The position numbers were made by a program, and so were the translations under genes. The notes under the pieces were generated by a model, which was not told the DNA's origin, ran no database searches, and was given only the letters and a program-made list of their open reading frames with translations. A stretch of 64,000 bases of DNA from Chiloscyllium plagiosum. Lineage: Eukaryota. The stretch's first letter is position 1. Each line of letters begins with the position of its first letter. Below are positions 39,415 through 52,194 of this stretch, piece by piece. Location of the stretch: the NCBI RefSeq assembly GCF_004010195.1, contig NC_057752.1, forward strand, positions 5,919,991 to 5,983,990, read 5' to 3'.

Positions 39415-41715
39415 TTGTAGAACATTACAGCTCAGTACAGGCCCTTCAGCCCTTGATGTTGCACCAACCTATGAAAATAATCTGAAGCCCATCTAACCTA
39501 CACTATTCCATTCTGGTCCCAATGACCATTTAAAAGCCCTTAGTTAGCGAGTCTACTCTGAGCAGTAAGAGTGTGAAATACACTGCCTGCAACTGGAGTA
39601 AAGAAACTACCTCTGACATCTATGTCCCCTCATGCTAGCCATCGCCATCTGAGGAAAAAGACTCTCGCTGTCCAACCTATCTAACCCTCAGATTATCTTA
39701 GTCCCAATTAAGTCACCTCTCAACCTTCTGTCTCCCAAAAACAGCCTCAAGTCCCTCAGCCTTTCCTCATAAGACCTTCCCTCCATACCAAGCAACATCC
39801 TAGTAAATCTCGAAATCCTTGCCAAAGCTTCCACATCCTTACTATAATGCAGTGATCAGAACTGTATGCAATACTCCGTGTAGCTGCAGCAGAGTTTTCT
39901 ACAGCTGCAGCATGATCTCATGGTTCTGAAACTCGATCCTTCTACCAGTAAAAGTGAACACAGCGTATGCTTTCTTAACAACCCTATCAGCCTGGGTGGC
40001 AACTTTCAGGGATCGATGTACATGGACAGAGACCACTCTGCTCATCTACACTACCAAGAATAGCCCATACTCTGCATTCCTGTTACTCCTTCCAAAGTGA
40101 ACCACCTCACACTTTTCCCCACTAAACTCCAATTGGCACCTCAGCCAGTTGGCACCTCTGCAGCTTATCTATGTTCCTCTGTGACCTATAACATCCTTCG
40201 TCACTGTCCACAACTCTACAGATCTTAGTGTCATCTGCAAATTTACTAACCCCTCCTTCTATGCCCTCATCCAGGTCATTTTCTATAAATGACAAACAAC
40301 AGTGGACCCAAAACACATCCTTGCAGTACCCCATTAGTAACTGAACTCCAGATGAACATTTCCCATCAACTACCACCCTCTGTCTTTCAGCTAGCCGATT
40401 TCTGATCCAAACCGCTAAATCACCCTCAATCCCATGCCTCTGTATGAAAAGCACGTTAATGTGTCTCCTCACATCCTCACCAAGTTCTTTGCCAAGTACA
40501 GGAACTAAATTTCCTTCCAGTCTTCTCAATTATACATCAATCATGAGCCACGAGGAGGCCATTAGTTACTGTTAGAACCTTATCAAATGCCTTACTGAAA
40601 TCCATACACATCACATCAACCACTTTAACCCTCATCCACCTGTTTGGTCACCTCAAAGAACTCAAGGTTTGTGAGGCACAACCTACCCTTCACAAAACCA
40701 TGTTGACTATCCCTAATCAACTTATTCTTCTCTCGATTATAAATTCTATCTCTTATAACCTTTTCCAACACTTTACCTGCAACCGAAGTAAGGCTCACTG
40801 GCCTACAATTACCAGGGTTGTCTCTACTCCCCTTCTTGAACAAGGGACCGACATTTGCTAAGCTCTAGTCTTCTGGCATTATTCCTGTAGACCATGACAT
40901 CATACAGATCAAAGCCAAAGGCTCAGCAATCTCCTCCCTGGCTTCCCAGAGAATCCTAGGATAAATCCCATCCAGCCCTTATCTATTTTTACACTTTCCA
41001 GAATTGCTAACACCACCTCCTTATGCACCTTAATCCATCTAGTCCAGTAGCCTGTGTCACCGTATTCTCCTCAACCACATTGCCTTTTTCTAGTGTGTGA
41101 ATACTTACAAAAAGTATTCATTTAGTGTTTTCCCATATCTCCTTTGACTCCATGCACAACTTCCCACTACTATGCTTGATTGGCCCTAATCTTCGGGCCT
41201 GATGAAGGGTTCCTGATAAAGGGCTCCAGCCTGAAATCTCGATTTTCCTGCTCCTCGGATGCTGCCTAACCTGCTGTGCTTTTTCAGCAACACACTACTC
41301 TGGCCCTAATCTTACTCTAGTCATTCTTTTATTCCTGATATAGGGTTTTCCTTGATCCTACCTGCCAACGACTTCTCATGTCCCCTCCTGGCTCCTCTTG
41401 GCTCTCTCCTTTTGGTCTTCCCTAGCTAACTTGACTCTCAAGTGCCCTAACTGAGCCATCACACCTCATCCTAACATAAGCTGCCTTCCTCTTGACGAGA
41501 TTCAACTTCATTGTAAACCATGTCCCCTGTGCTCAACAACTTCTTCCCTGCCTGACAGCTACATACTTATCAAGGACCCGCAGTAGCTGTTCCTTAAATA
41601 AGCTCCACGTTTCAATTGTGCCCATCCCTTGCAGTTTCCTTTCCCCATCCTATGTATCCTAAATCTTGCCTAATTGCATCGTATTTGCCTTTTCCACCAG
41701 CTATAACTCTTGCCC
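39415..41715 (-). mobile_element. CR1 LINE (second subfamily) fragment, about 2.3 kb
   Basis: FKKGSRDNPGNCRPVSLTSV, SQHGFVKGR and KFADDTK motifs on the minus strand. Confidence 0.9.
41194..41300 (+). mobile_element. Penelope family-B mini-insertion inside CR1
   Basis: 13-bp TSD tggccctaatctt (41181-41193 / 41301-41313); duplicated cctgat(g/a)aaggg hammerhead 5' box. Confidence 0.85.
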
Positions 41716-42034
41716 TGCACTCTAGTGATGGAAAGAGCTATGTGTAAAGTGCTCACCTACTTGAGGAATTGTAAGATTCTGTTCTTGTCTTTGCCAACGT
41801 GCAGGTAACTGAGCTAATGGGAGTGGGAAGTAGCCTAACTGGGGTTATTTTACTACTGTCCCTGCCTTCCCAGAAATATCCTCACTCGTGACTATCTTTT
41901 ACTTTGGTACCTGGGACGACGTACTTCCAGTCACACTTTGCAAATAAAAACCTTTTTTAGCCCTCTGCTTAAAGTTTTGCACTACTATACTTTTCTGGCC
42001 CATGTCTTTCCCATCTTGGCTAACACTGTTGTGG

Positions 42035-42168
42035 GAGAAAGTGAGGACTGCAGATGCTGGAGATCCGAGCTTAAAGATGTGTTGCTGGAAAAGTGCAGCA
42101 GGTCAGGCAGCATCCAAGGAGAAGGAGAATCGACGTTTCGGGCATAAGCCCTTCCTGCAACACATTTT
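42035..42168 (-). mobile_element. Penelope family-B mini-insertion
   Basis: 14-bp TSD taacactgttgtgg (42021-42034 / 42169-42182); truncated within the hammerhead. Confidence 0.85.
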
Positions 42169-42210
42169 TAACACTGTTGTGGTGCTGGTATTGGACTGGA
42201 ATGGACCATT

Positions 42211-42324
42211 TCAGAAGTCACATGACACCAGGTTTATAGTCCAACAGGTTTATTCGGCATCTCGAGCTTTCGGAGAGCTGCTCCTTCGTCAGGTGAAGTC
42301 CACCTGGTGTCATGTGACTTCTGA
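42211..42324 (-). mobile_element. Mini-element with 23-bp terminal inverted repeats around a hammerhead motif (family D)
   Basis: tcagaagtcacatgacaccaggt (42211-42233) and its exact reverse complement (42302-42324); minus strand CTGACGA-aggagcagctctcc-GAAAG-CTC. Confidence 0.75.
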
Positions 42325-42575
42325 CGTTGTGCAAATGGTAAGGGCCACGCTCCTTTTCAATGACTCAGTACCCATTTCACAGTTTCCAACGCTCTCTATC
42401 ATTGAGCATTTTGCTGTATTTGCCATTCCTCCAATTTCTGTCAACTGCTGCTACCCATATAGCTAATCACCCACTTTTTTCTCTCTCCAGATTGTGTGTT
42501 TCTTGAGCTGATTCTAACACTAGGCTTCCCTCCATCACTCAAGTGGGTAACTGTGGAATGGCCTGGACTTCAATG

Positions 42576-43016
42576 CAGGTCCTAGGCCTCATACGTCACC
42601 ACTCCCTTACCACCTGATGTCTGGACGAAGAACACCTCATCATCTGCCTCGGGACCCTCCAATCCCACAGCATCAACATGGATTTCACTAGTTTTCTCAT
42701 TTCCCCTGCCTCCCCTTACCCCAGTTCCAACCTTCCAGTTCAGCAGTGTCCTCATGACCTGTCCCATCTGTCAATCTTCCTTCCCACCTATCCATACCAC
42801 CCTCCCCTCTGACTTATCACTATTGCACTCTGAGCTACCTTCCCCACACCCTCCCATTTATCTCTCCATCCCAGAGGCTCCCAGTCTCATTCCTGATGAA
42901 GGGCTTTTGCCTGAAACGTCAATTTTCCTGCTCCTCGGATGCTGCCTGACCTGTGCTTTTCCAGCACCACACTCTTGACTCTAATCTCCAGCACCTGCAG
43001 TACTCCCTTTCGCCTA
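42576..43016 (+). mobile_element. Penelope family-B 3' fragment with hammerhead (42889-42924)
   Basis: 13-bp TSD ctggacttcaatg (42563-42575 / 43017-43029); CTGATGA-agggcttttgcct-GAAAC-GTC. Confidence 0.88.
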
Positions 43017-44647
43017 CTGGACTTCAATGGGTCTAGGTCATTTTATCTAAGTCTGATTTAACTCTTAAAGTGAGGGGGATTACTACTTAACTGGTTCTCA
43101 CTATACAGGGTGTGCTTTAGCACAGCATGACTAGGGGCGAATTGCTGAAGCTATCCTTGAGAATCAGGGCTGAATAAACCAGAAAGTACTCTTTTTGGGC
43201 TCTCCTTACCACTAATCTCATTCTCTGCTAATCCAGCAGATGACTGACAGGAAAAAGTTCCCTGCCGTACTGATGCTCTGTTTGATCTGCTGCTGGATCC
43301 TGATGTTGCTCATGTCCATCTCTCCCTGGTACAAGCAGAGACTGAGCAGGGGTTTTGGAGCCATTCCCGTCTCTGCCTTATTCAGACCAGTCATCGCTCA
43401 TCTGTCTGTCTCTCACTTTCAACCTGTTTACATTGTTCCTGTACAACCTCTCCACATCACATGTCACAACAGTGTTGACCCAGGCAGTAATCACATTAAA
43501 TCACAAGAGGTTTCAGCCATTCTGTCTTTTTGAATGCACAGCAACTGACAGTGGTATGTAAGCAAGGAGAGTGGGGAAACACTGCATTTTATTTGTGAGG
43601 AGGAAGTGCACAAAAGGCTGAAGACTGGTATAATAGCAGCAGCCCCTGTGAAGAATTATTCAGATTCCTCTTGTTGCCATAGAAGTAGGGCTCACCAACA
43701 CCACTCTTTACTTTCTCATGACATTTCTAGTAAGTATACTCTGAAATGTCTTTTTTTTTTTTATTAATTAAAATAGAGTTTGCTTCTCATTTTGTAGAAA
43801 TGACTGTCTTTTATTTAGAAGTCTCTCTGGTGGAAGTTTTTTTTTTAAAAAGCAGAGGTGGGTGCTTTTATATTTGTTTTGTAAACTAGCTACCACCGCA
43901 TTACTTTACTTTATAGAGGAAGAAAAGGGAAGCACTTGTATAAGACCTTATCTGCCCCACCCAGTGACTATAAACACTTTTTTCTATGTAGTGAGGTAAA
44001 TTGGAATGCAGCCACTCTTGTGTAAGCAAGTACGGCGTCCATTTTGCCAGCAGATACTGCTCTCCGATACCACTGAAGTGAATCGCTTGTGGTTCAGGGA
44101 AGAATATGTCAGCCAAGAGACCACTCCCTGCCTTCCCTTTGAAACATGCCAACTGATTTTTTAATATCAAACACAAGGTTGGGTGCTTGGGACTATTGTT
44201 AGTCAGTATTGCACTCTGGAGTCACAAGTAAAACTTCAAAAGTTACGGAGAATATGAAATTGGCTTTGTGCTATGTTGGTGGTACTACTTAAATGCCAGT
44301 TATTGGAATTGCTGGTCTTGTTGCAGTTTCTCTTTTAAAAAAGTTGTTAAACCTGCAGAATGCACATGCCCAATAGTATATGGATTTCTACGTAGAAAAG
44401 TGAGAGGTAATGGATCCAGAAGGAAGAACTAAGCAGGCCATGTTCTTGGCAAATAGGTTTTTTTTTGAAATGGGATAGGGAAGTAAACTGGTCTGGGGGT
44501 ACAGATTCACAAGTTAAAAGTGAATTAATGAAGAGTTCTCTCTCTCAATGTCCACTTCTCTGTGCATCTCCACCAATCATTACCCTGATGTGGTAGAGAC
44601 TTAGGCTCTCAAGTAATATTGGGAGCTCCTTGCTTGTGATAGGGTCA

Positions 44648-44806
44648 ACTTGGAGAAAGTGCGAACTACAGATGCTGGAGATCAGAGCTGAAAAATGTGT
44701 TGCTGGGAAAGCGCAACAGGTCGGGCAGCATCCAAGGAGCAGGAGAATCGACGTTTTGGGCATAAGCCCATAAGAAGGGCTTATGCCCAAAACGTTGATT
44801 CTCCTA
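44648..44806 (-). mobile_element. Penelope family-B fold-back mini-insertion
   Basis: 11-bp TSD tgatagggtca (44637-44647 / 44807-44817); 29-bp inverted arms 44741-44769 / 44777-44805. Confidence 0.88.
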
Positions 44807-45094
44807 TGATAGGGTCACCCATAGTAATAAAGTTAGGGAAGGAGCTGGACAAAGTGCAGTCCAAAAAGCTGTCAATTGCTGAGGACAGCAATTAAGAACC
44901 GGGAACAGAATCTACCTCTGGCTGCGAAGGCTTCTAGTCGTCATAATTTGATGTGACCAAATTCCAATCCCCAACCTGTGACAACTAAACAATGATGGGG
45001 AGCTTAGAGCACCTAGTTTCTACCAGGAAAATTTCATAAACAATGCCTCTGCCATGTCCTCTGGGTTCACTGATAGGTCTACTGAACAAATGAG

Positions 45095-47645
45095 GTTTTG
45101 GTCAAGAGAAAGAAGGAAATATATGTCAGATATAGACAGGAGAGATTAAATGAATCCTTGAATGAGAGTATAAAGGCTGTAGAAGTATACTTGAGAGGAA
45201 AATCATGAGGGCAAAAAGGGGACATGAGCTAGCTTTGGCAAATAGAATTAAGGAGAATCTAAAGAGATCCTACAAATGCACTTAATGGTAAGGTCCTAGG
45301 GAGTGTTGCTGAACAAAGAGACCTTGGAGTGCAGGTTCATAGCTCCTTGAAAGTGGTGTCACAGGTAGATAAGATAGTGAAGAAGGCATTTGGTATGCTT
45401 TCCTTTCTTGGTCAGAGTATGGAGTACAGGAGTTGGGAGGTCATGTTGCGGCTGTACAGGACAACAGTTAGGCCACTGTTGAAATATTGCGTGCAATTCT
45501 GGTGTCCTTCCTATCGGAAAGATGTTGTGAAACCTGAAAGGGTTCAGAAAAGATTTACAAGGATGCTGCCAGGGTTGGAGGATTTGAGCTATTGAGAGAG
45601 GTTGGGTAGCCTGGGGCTGTTTTCCCTGGAGCGTCGGAGACTGAGGGGTGACCTTTGGAGGCTTACAAAATTGAGGGGCATGGATAGGATAAATAGGCAA
45701 ACTCCTTTCCCTGGGATCAGGGAGTCCAGAACTAGAGGGCATAGGTTAAGGGTGAGAGGGGAAAGATATAAAAGATACCTAAGGGGCAACATTTTCACGC
45801 AGAGGGTGGTACGTGTATGGAATGAGCTGCCAGAGGATGTGATGGAGGCTGGTACAATTGCAACATTTTAAAAGGCATTTGGATGAGTATATGAATAGAA
45901 AGGGTTTGGAGGGATATGGGCTGGGTGCTGGCAGGTGGGACTTGATTGGGTTGGGATATCTAGTCGGCGTGGACAGGTTGGACTGAAGGGTCTGTTTCTA
46001 TGCTGTACATCTTTGACTCTAAATACATGAAGGGCTGAAGGGTAATGAGGGAGAGAGTATGGCCCCTCAAAGATCAGCAAGGCAACCTATGTGTGGAGCC
46101 ACAGGAGATGGGGGAAGATACTAAATGGGTATTTTGCATCAGTGTTCACTGTGGAGAAGGACATGGAAGATATAGAATTTTAGGGAATAAGTAGTGACAT
46201 CTTAAAATGTCCATGTTACAGTGGAAGAGGTGCTGGATGTCTTCAAATGCATAAAGGTGGATAAATCCCTGGGACCTGATAGGTATACCCTAGAACTCTG
46301 GGAAGCTAGGGAAGTGATTGCTGGAGTCCCTTGCTGAGATTTCTGTAATTGATAGTCACAGGTGAGGTACTGGAAGTTGGCTAACGTGGTGCCACTATTT
46401 CAGAAAGGTGGTAAGGACAAGCCAGGGAACTACAGACAAGTGAGCCTGACGTCTGGCAAGTTGTTGGAGGGAATCCTGAGGGACAGGATTTACATGTATT
46501 TAGAAAGGCAAAGTCTGATTAGGGATAGTCAACATGGCTTTGTGTGTGGGAAATCGTGTCTCACTAACTTGATTGATTTTTTTTTTTTGAAGAATTAACA
46601 AAGAGGACTGATGAGGGCAGAGCAGTGGATATGATCTATTTGGACTTTAATAAGGTGTTCAACAAGTTCCTCATGGTAGACAGATTAGCAAGGTTAGATC
46701 ACATGGAATTCAGGGAGAACCAGCCATTTGGTTACAGAACTGGCTCGAAGGTAGAAGACAGAGGGAGCTAGTGGATGGTTGCTTTTCAGACTGGAGGCCT
46801 GTGACCAGCAGTGTGCCACAAAGATTGGTGCTGGGTCCACTGCTTTTCATCATTTATAATATAGATGTGAATATAAGAGGTGTGGTTAGTAAGTTTGCAC
46901 ATGACACCAAAATTGGAGACGTAGTGGACAGCGAAGAAGGTTACCTCAGAGTACAATGGGATCTTAATCCGATGGAGTTTAATTTTTAGATAAATGCAAG
47001 GTGCTGCATTTTGGAAAAGCAAATCCGAACAGCATCTAGACACTTAATGGTAAGGTTCTGGGGAGTGTTTGCTGAGCAAAGACCTTGGAGTGCAGGTTCA
47101 TAGTTCCTTGAAAGTAGAGTCGCAGGTAGATAGTCTAGTGAATAATGCATTTGGTATACTTTCCTTTATTGTCAGACAATTGAGTATAAGAGTTGGGAGG
47201 TCATGTTGTGGCTGTACAGGATATTGGTGAGGCAATTGTGCACAATTCTGGTTTCCCTCCTATTGAAAGGATGTTGTGAAACTTGAAAGGGTTCAGAAAA
47301 GGTTTACAAGGATGTTGCCAGGGTTGGAGGATCTGAGCTACAGGGAGAGGCTGAACAGGCTGGGGCTGTTTTCCCTGGAGTGTCAGAGGCTGAGGGGTGA
47401 CCTTTATAGAGTTTATAAAACCATGATGGGCATGGATAGGGTAAATAGGCAAAGCCTTTCCCTGGGGTGGGGGAGTCCAGAACTAGAGGGCATAGGTTTG
47501 GGGTGAGAGGGGAAAGATATAAAAGGGACGTAAGGGGCAACTTTTTCACACAAGGTGGTGCGTGTATGGAATGAGCTGTCGGAGGAAGTGGCGGAGGCTG
47601 GTACAATTACAACACTTAAAAGGCATCTGAATGGGTTTATGAATA
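45095..47645 (+). mobile_element. CR1 LINE with a younger CR1 3' fragment nested at about 45278-46020
   Basis: WKLANVVPLFQKGGKDKPGNYR, SQHGF and KFAHDTK; two successive 3' regions. Confidence 0.9.
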
Positions 47646-48125
47646 TTTCAAAATGTCACTCTCTTTCCCTACATTCTATATCTTCATGTCCTTTTTTCCA
47701 CAGTAAATACTGATGCAAAATACTCATTTAGTATCTCCCCCTCATTTCCTGCGGCTCCACACAAAGGCCGCCTTGCTGATCTTTTGAGTGGCCCTATTCT
47801 CTCCCTGGTTACCCTTTTGTCCTTTAATATATTTGTAAAAACCCTTTTTGGATTCTCCTTAATTCTATTTGCCAAAGCTACCTCCTGTCCCCTTTTTGCC
47901 CTCCTGATTTCCCTCTTAAGTATACTCCTACTGCCTTGTACTCTTCTAAGGATTCACTCAATCGACCCTGTCTATACCTGACATATGCTTCCTTCTTTTT
48001 CTTAACCAAATCCTCAATTTCTTTAGTCATCCAGCATTCTCTATACCTACCAGCCTCGCCTTTCTCTGACTCCATGCACAACTTCCCACTACTATTCTTG
48101 ATTGGCCCAAATCTTACCCTCGTGA
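47645..48125 (-). mobile_element. CR1 internal fragment, inverted
   Basis: MANRIKENPK and EILNEYFASVFT peptides on the minus strand. Confidence 0.85.
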
Positions 48126-50330
48126 TTGACTTTTGGAGAAGAGGAAGCATAAAAGTAAATCACCTCTCCGATTCATGCTGTTTAAAAGGCTTTTGCGATC
48201 ACTATGACTAGAATGGAAGATTTAGTTTGAGGGCTGATAACTCTGTTCTAAATGGATTGTCAAAGGAGGTACAGTATGTCAGAGCTGAATACTGGATGGA
48301 TTGAATCGATTCATTTTCTGGTATTGTTTTTGTAAATTATTCATTTTTACAGATTATCACCTGATTTTGGAGATGGTAGATTGTGTTGCCATCCATGTGG
48401 TGGAATGTTGCTATCTCCTGGCATGTTACTGCTGTTCACTTCGTCAGACATAATTAAGAAAATGGACATCACAACCTCCCGCTTAACTGGCTACCTATTG
48501 AAACACAGTGCTGTAAACTGACAAGTGCCCTTGTATAGTGACTAAAAAAAAATCTATAATTTTGATAATGTGCAGGAAATTTTATGAAACCAGTGATGTA
48601 CATGTGGAAGAAAGTACTAGAAAGATATTGTAATACTTCCCACAACCTTGCTTCCATTTTGCATCTCGTGCTGGAAACACACATTTTGGGCTGAATGTGT
48701 TCTTTCTCTGTAATTTCCCTTACTTGGAATCTCCAATTATTGAATAATACAGGTGGATTCCAGTTAGTTATGTTTATGGCAAGTAATATTCAAGGGAGAT
48801 TTGTTGTATTGCTATGCCTTTAAAGGAGGCTAGCAGGAAGGATTAAATTTGGCCAATTATTGATTTTTTTTTTTTTCAAAAGATGTTTCCTCCTGATTCC
48901 ATAGAGAAATTCCAATGAGGTCTGACACCATTCCAAATGGAGATTGGAATATCTCTGTCTGTCAATTAATTTTATTTAGTATCTGCAACAAAGCCACTCC
49001 CCACGCTGTAAATTCCTTTGCCTGCTTGTATGATCATGTTCTGTTATTGGATAGTGCTAATGTTCCAGCAAGTTTACACTCTGCACAATTGTTACGGAAG
49101 TGGTTGAAATTCCAGTCAGAGCAGACTGTCAGTAAAAGCGACTCTAAATATCTTAACGTTTGATCTCTCATTAACTTTGTGCTCATTTGGAATCACACTG
49201 AGCTTGTTTTCCCTTTTTGAGGTTGTAAATGAACTGTTTGCCTGCTCTATAGTTCACAGGAACTTCCGCAATCATTTGAAATTATTTGGTGAATGTCCAA
49301 CAAATATATACAATGGACTCTAAGATTGATCAGGCTGCAGTGCAGAGAAGCCAACCTTTGTCAGCACAGGATGAGGTACAGACACATTAAAATTACACAA
49401 CTTTATTTTAATAGAAGGGGAAATTTGATAAAACATTAGAAACGTAAGTGAGAAGATGTGCCCACTGAAACCCATCTATCTGCTACATTAACTTCCCATC
49501 AAGCTATTGGGACAGGAGAATGTTTTGTTTTCCCTTTTTTTGTTTGTCCTCCAAAAAGAATGTACACTTCTAATTGAATTTTTAAAGTAGTTCTTTTGAC
49601 CATCTTAAATTAGCTTTGAGTACCCCAAATCCTCCTGGGATATTTCCTCTCTCTGTACCTCTGACATTAATCCTGGATTAGTTTCTGCTTTTCACTCTGC
49701 AAATGTTAATGGCTCTGTCTTGCACTGCTGCTCTTGCATCAAGTGAGGAAGAAACTGCTGCCAGGCACAGCACTTTATTCCTTTAAGTATTTTTCTAAAA
49801 TTATTAAACTGGAGGCAGAATTCTAGTTTCACATACTTAAGTCTGGTTTTCAATGAGGTTTACCAAGAGAGAGGAGAAGAATCTGATTTCATATTTTTAA
49901 TAGAATTGGACTTTAGTCCAATTACTTTAGTCTTTTCATTTCGGTTTTTTAAAATATCTTTTAATTTATTATTATTTTGATAAAACTTGACTTTACTCTA
50001 CTCTATCTGGTTTCTTTAAACCAGCACACTTAAGAGGAAGCATGCATTTCAGCTAGATGTAGCTTCTGAATTCTTCTGCTACCATCAGATGTGTTCCCTT
50101 TTACAGAGTCATTTCTTCCATCCTAAATTTCAAGGGGAAAATTTGAGTGAAATTCTGTGTCTTTCTAATTTAGTAAATTTTTTTGAGATCTAGCCTCAAA
50201 TTTTATTGTTTTCAACTTACTTAAATCAAACCTCTGCAGCAGATTTGAATTTCAATTAGGTCAGAGATTTGAATGACTTCTTGCTTTTATAATACTGTCA
50301 TTTTTAACCTGGGTGTCTATCTCTGATTCA

Positions 50331-51008
50331 AGGAGGTAAAAACAATGACTGCAGATGCTGGAAACCAGATTCTGGATTAGTGGTGCTGGAAGAGCACAGC
50401 AGTTCAGGCAGCATCCAAGCAGCTTCGAAATCGACGTTTCGGGCAAAAGCCCTTCATCAGGAATAAAGGCAGAGAGAATGAGGAAGCTTATTAAGTCCGC
50501 ATTGATGCCCTGGGGTTGAAGTGTTCCGAGGCGGAAGATGAGGCTTTCTTCCTCCAGGCGTCTGGTGGTGAGGGAGCGGCGGTGGAGGTGGCCCAGGACC
50601 TCCATGTCCTCGGCAGAGTGGGAGGTGGAGTTGAAATGTTGGGCCACGGGGCGGTTTGGTTGATTGGTGTGGGTGTCTCGGAGATGTTCCCTAAAGTGCT
50701 CTGCTAGGAGATGCCCAGTCTCCCCAATGTAGAGGAGACTGCATCGGGAGCAACGGATACAATAAATGATATTAGTGGATGTGCAGGTAAAACTTTGATG
50801 GATGTGGAAGGCTCCTTTAGGGCCTTGGATAGAGGTGAGGGAGGAGGTGTGGGTGCAGGTTTTACAGTTCCTGCGGTGGCAGGGGAAAGTGCCAGGATGG
50901 GAGGGTGGGTTGTAGGGGGGCATGGACCTGACCAGGTAGTCACGGAGGGAACGGTCTTTGCGAAAGGCGGAAAGGGGTGGGGAGGGAAATATATTACTGG
51001 TGGTGGGG
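50331..51008 (-). mobile_element. Penelope family-B fragment encoding a GIY-YIG endonuclease remnant
   Basis: ORF 50261-50923: CxxxxCxxC, NIIYCIRCSRCSLLYIGETG, HFNS, LIFRLGTLQPQGIN; 11-bp TSD tctctgattca (50320-50330 / 51009-51019). Confidence 0.92.
50429..50464 (-). ncRNA. Minimal hammerhead ribozyme motif (family B), intact core
   Basis: Minus strand attc-CTGATGA-agggc-tttt-gccc-GAAAC-GTC-gatt. Confidence 0.75.
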
Positions 51009-52194
51009 TCTCTGATTCACTCCAGTCTGAAGAGATGAAACTAAAGACCGTAAGTGATGGCCATCAAACTCACAAGTTAATTATGCAATCACTCTTTATC
51101 CACACTCTCCTCTAACTCCTGCCCAAAGAAAAACATCTGGGCCCAGTTCAACAAACGTTTTGGGTAGTGTAGAACAAGGTTCTGGATTCATTGCAACAAA
51201 TCATCAACAACAACATGTATTTATAGAGCAACTTTAACATAAGATGCTTAAACAATATGGTGTGTTTTATTTGAAAGTTTAAGTTCTCTTCTAAGGCGTT
51301 GTAATAACTTATCTAATAGAGGGTAACAACTCTGGAAAGAAAGAATCCCCCAGCATCTAATCATTTGCCTTCTAATTTTCTATTGCTGATTATCCCTCTC
51401 CATTTCAGCTAATCTAATTTGACTGCATCCAATCCAAATAGTCATTTGGTAGTACAGAACTTATATATTGCTGAAAAAAAGGACACACTTTGTTGAAGAG
51501 TATCATTTGCAAGAATACAGAGATGAAGAAGACCTGACTCATTGTTAACTCTCTGCTTTTTCTCTGTGGATGCTGCCTGACCTGAGTTTCCCCAGCGATC
51601 TGTTTATGTTTTACTGAGACGGAGATGAAAGCCCAGGCTGTTGAGCACTTTGCCAGCTGTAGAGAGATGGCAGCAGAGGAAGAAAAGCCCGAGGTTGCTG
51701 GAGATCACACTGCTGCTAGGGCAGGCAAGGGCGATCAGGGACTTCGATCAAATGCATGGCCAGACACCAGAGCAGCATGTGGGTTTGTTGGGGACACTGG
51801 GCAACCTGACACAAAGTTTGCAGGACTGCAGCATTACAATCAGGATGTTGCCTCCAGACATGTCATTGTCTGTCTGGCTGCTGCTATGGACAGTTTGACA
51901 ATTGCTATAGAGGGCCAGCTTCAACAGTCTCAAAATCTGCTGGATACGCAAACAGACCTGCAGTTTGTTGCTCTAGCCATTGGCACCAAAAGAATGGCAC
52001 ATGGACAAGGAAGCTAAATTTCACTCTAGGTACCCCTTCTTCACACAGAGACAAAAGTGGTGCCAATAGATACCCAGCAGGAGCACATACAGGTTCTCCA
52101 GAATCTCCTCCACAGCACATTTCAGGGATGGCTGAGCTATTCTCCTCCAGCCTGTCTGCCATCCTGGCCATTCAAACCAAGAAGGGTGCACAAT

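Noticed and set aside
51625..52017. 130-aa ATG-initiated ORF
   Set aside because: No recognisable domain or exon context; possibly an old TE remnant, and I cannot support a call.
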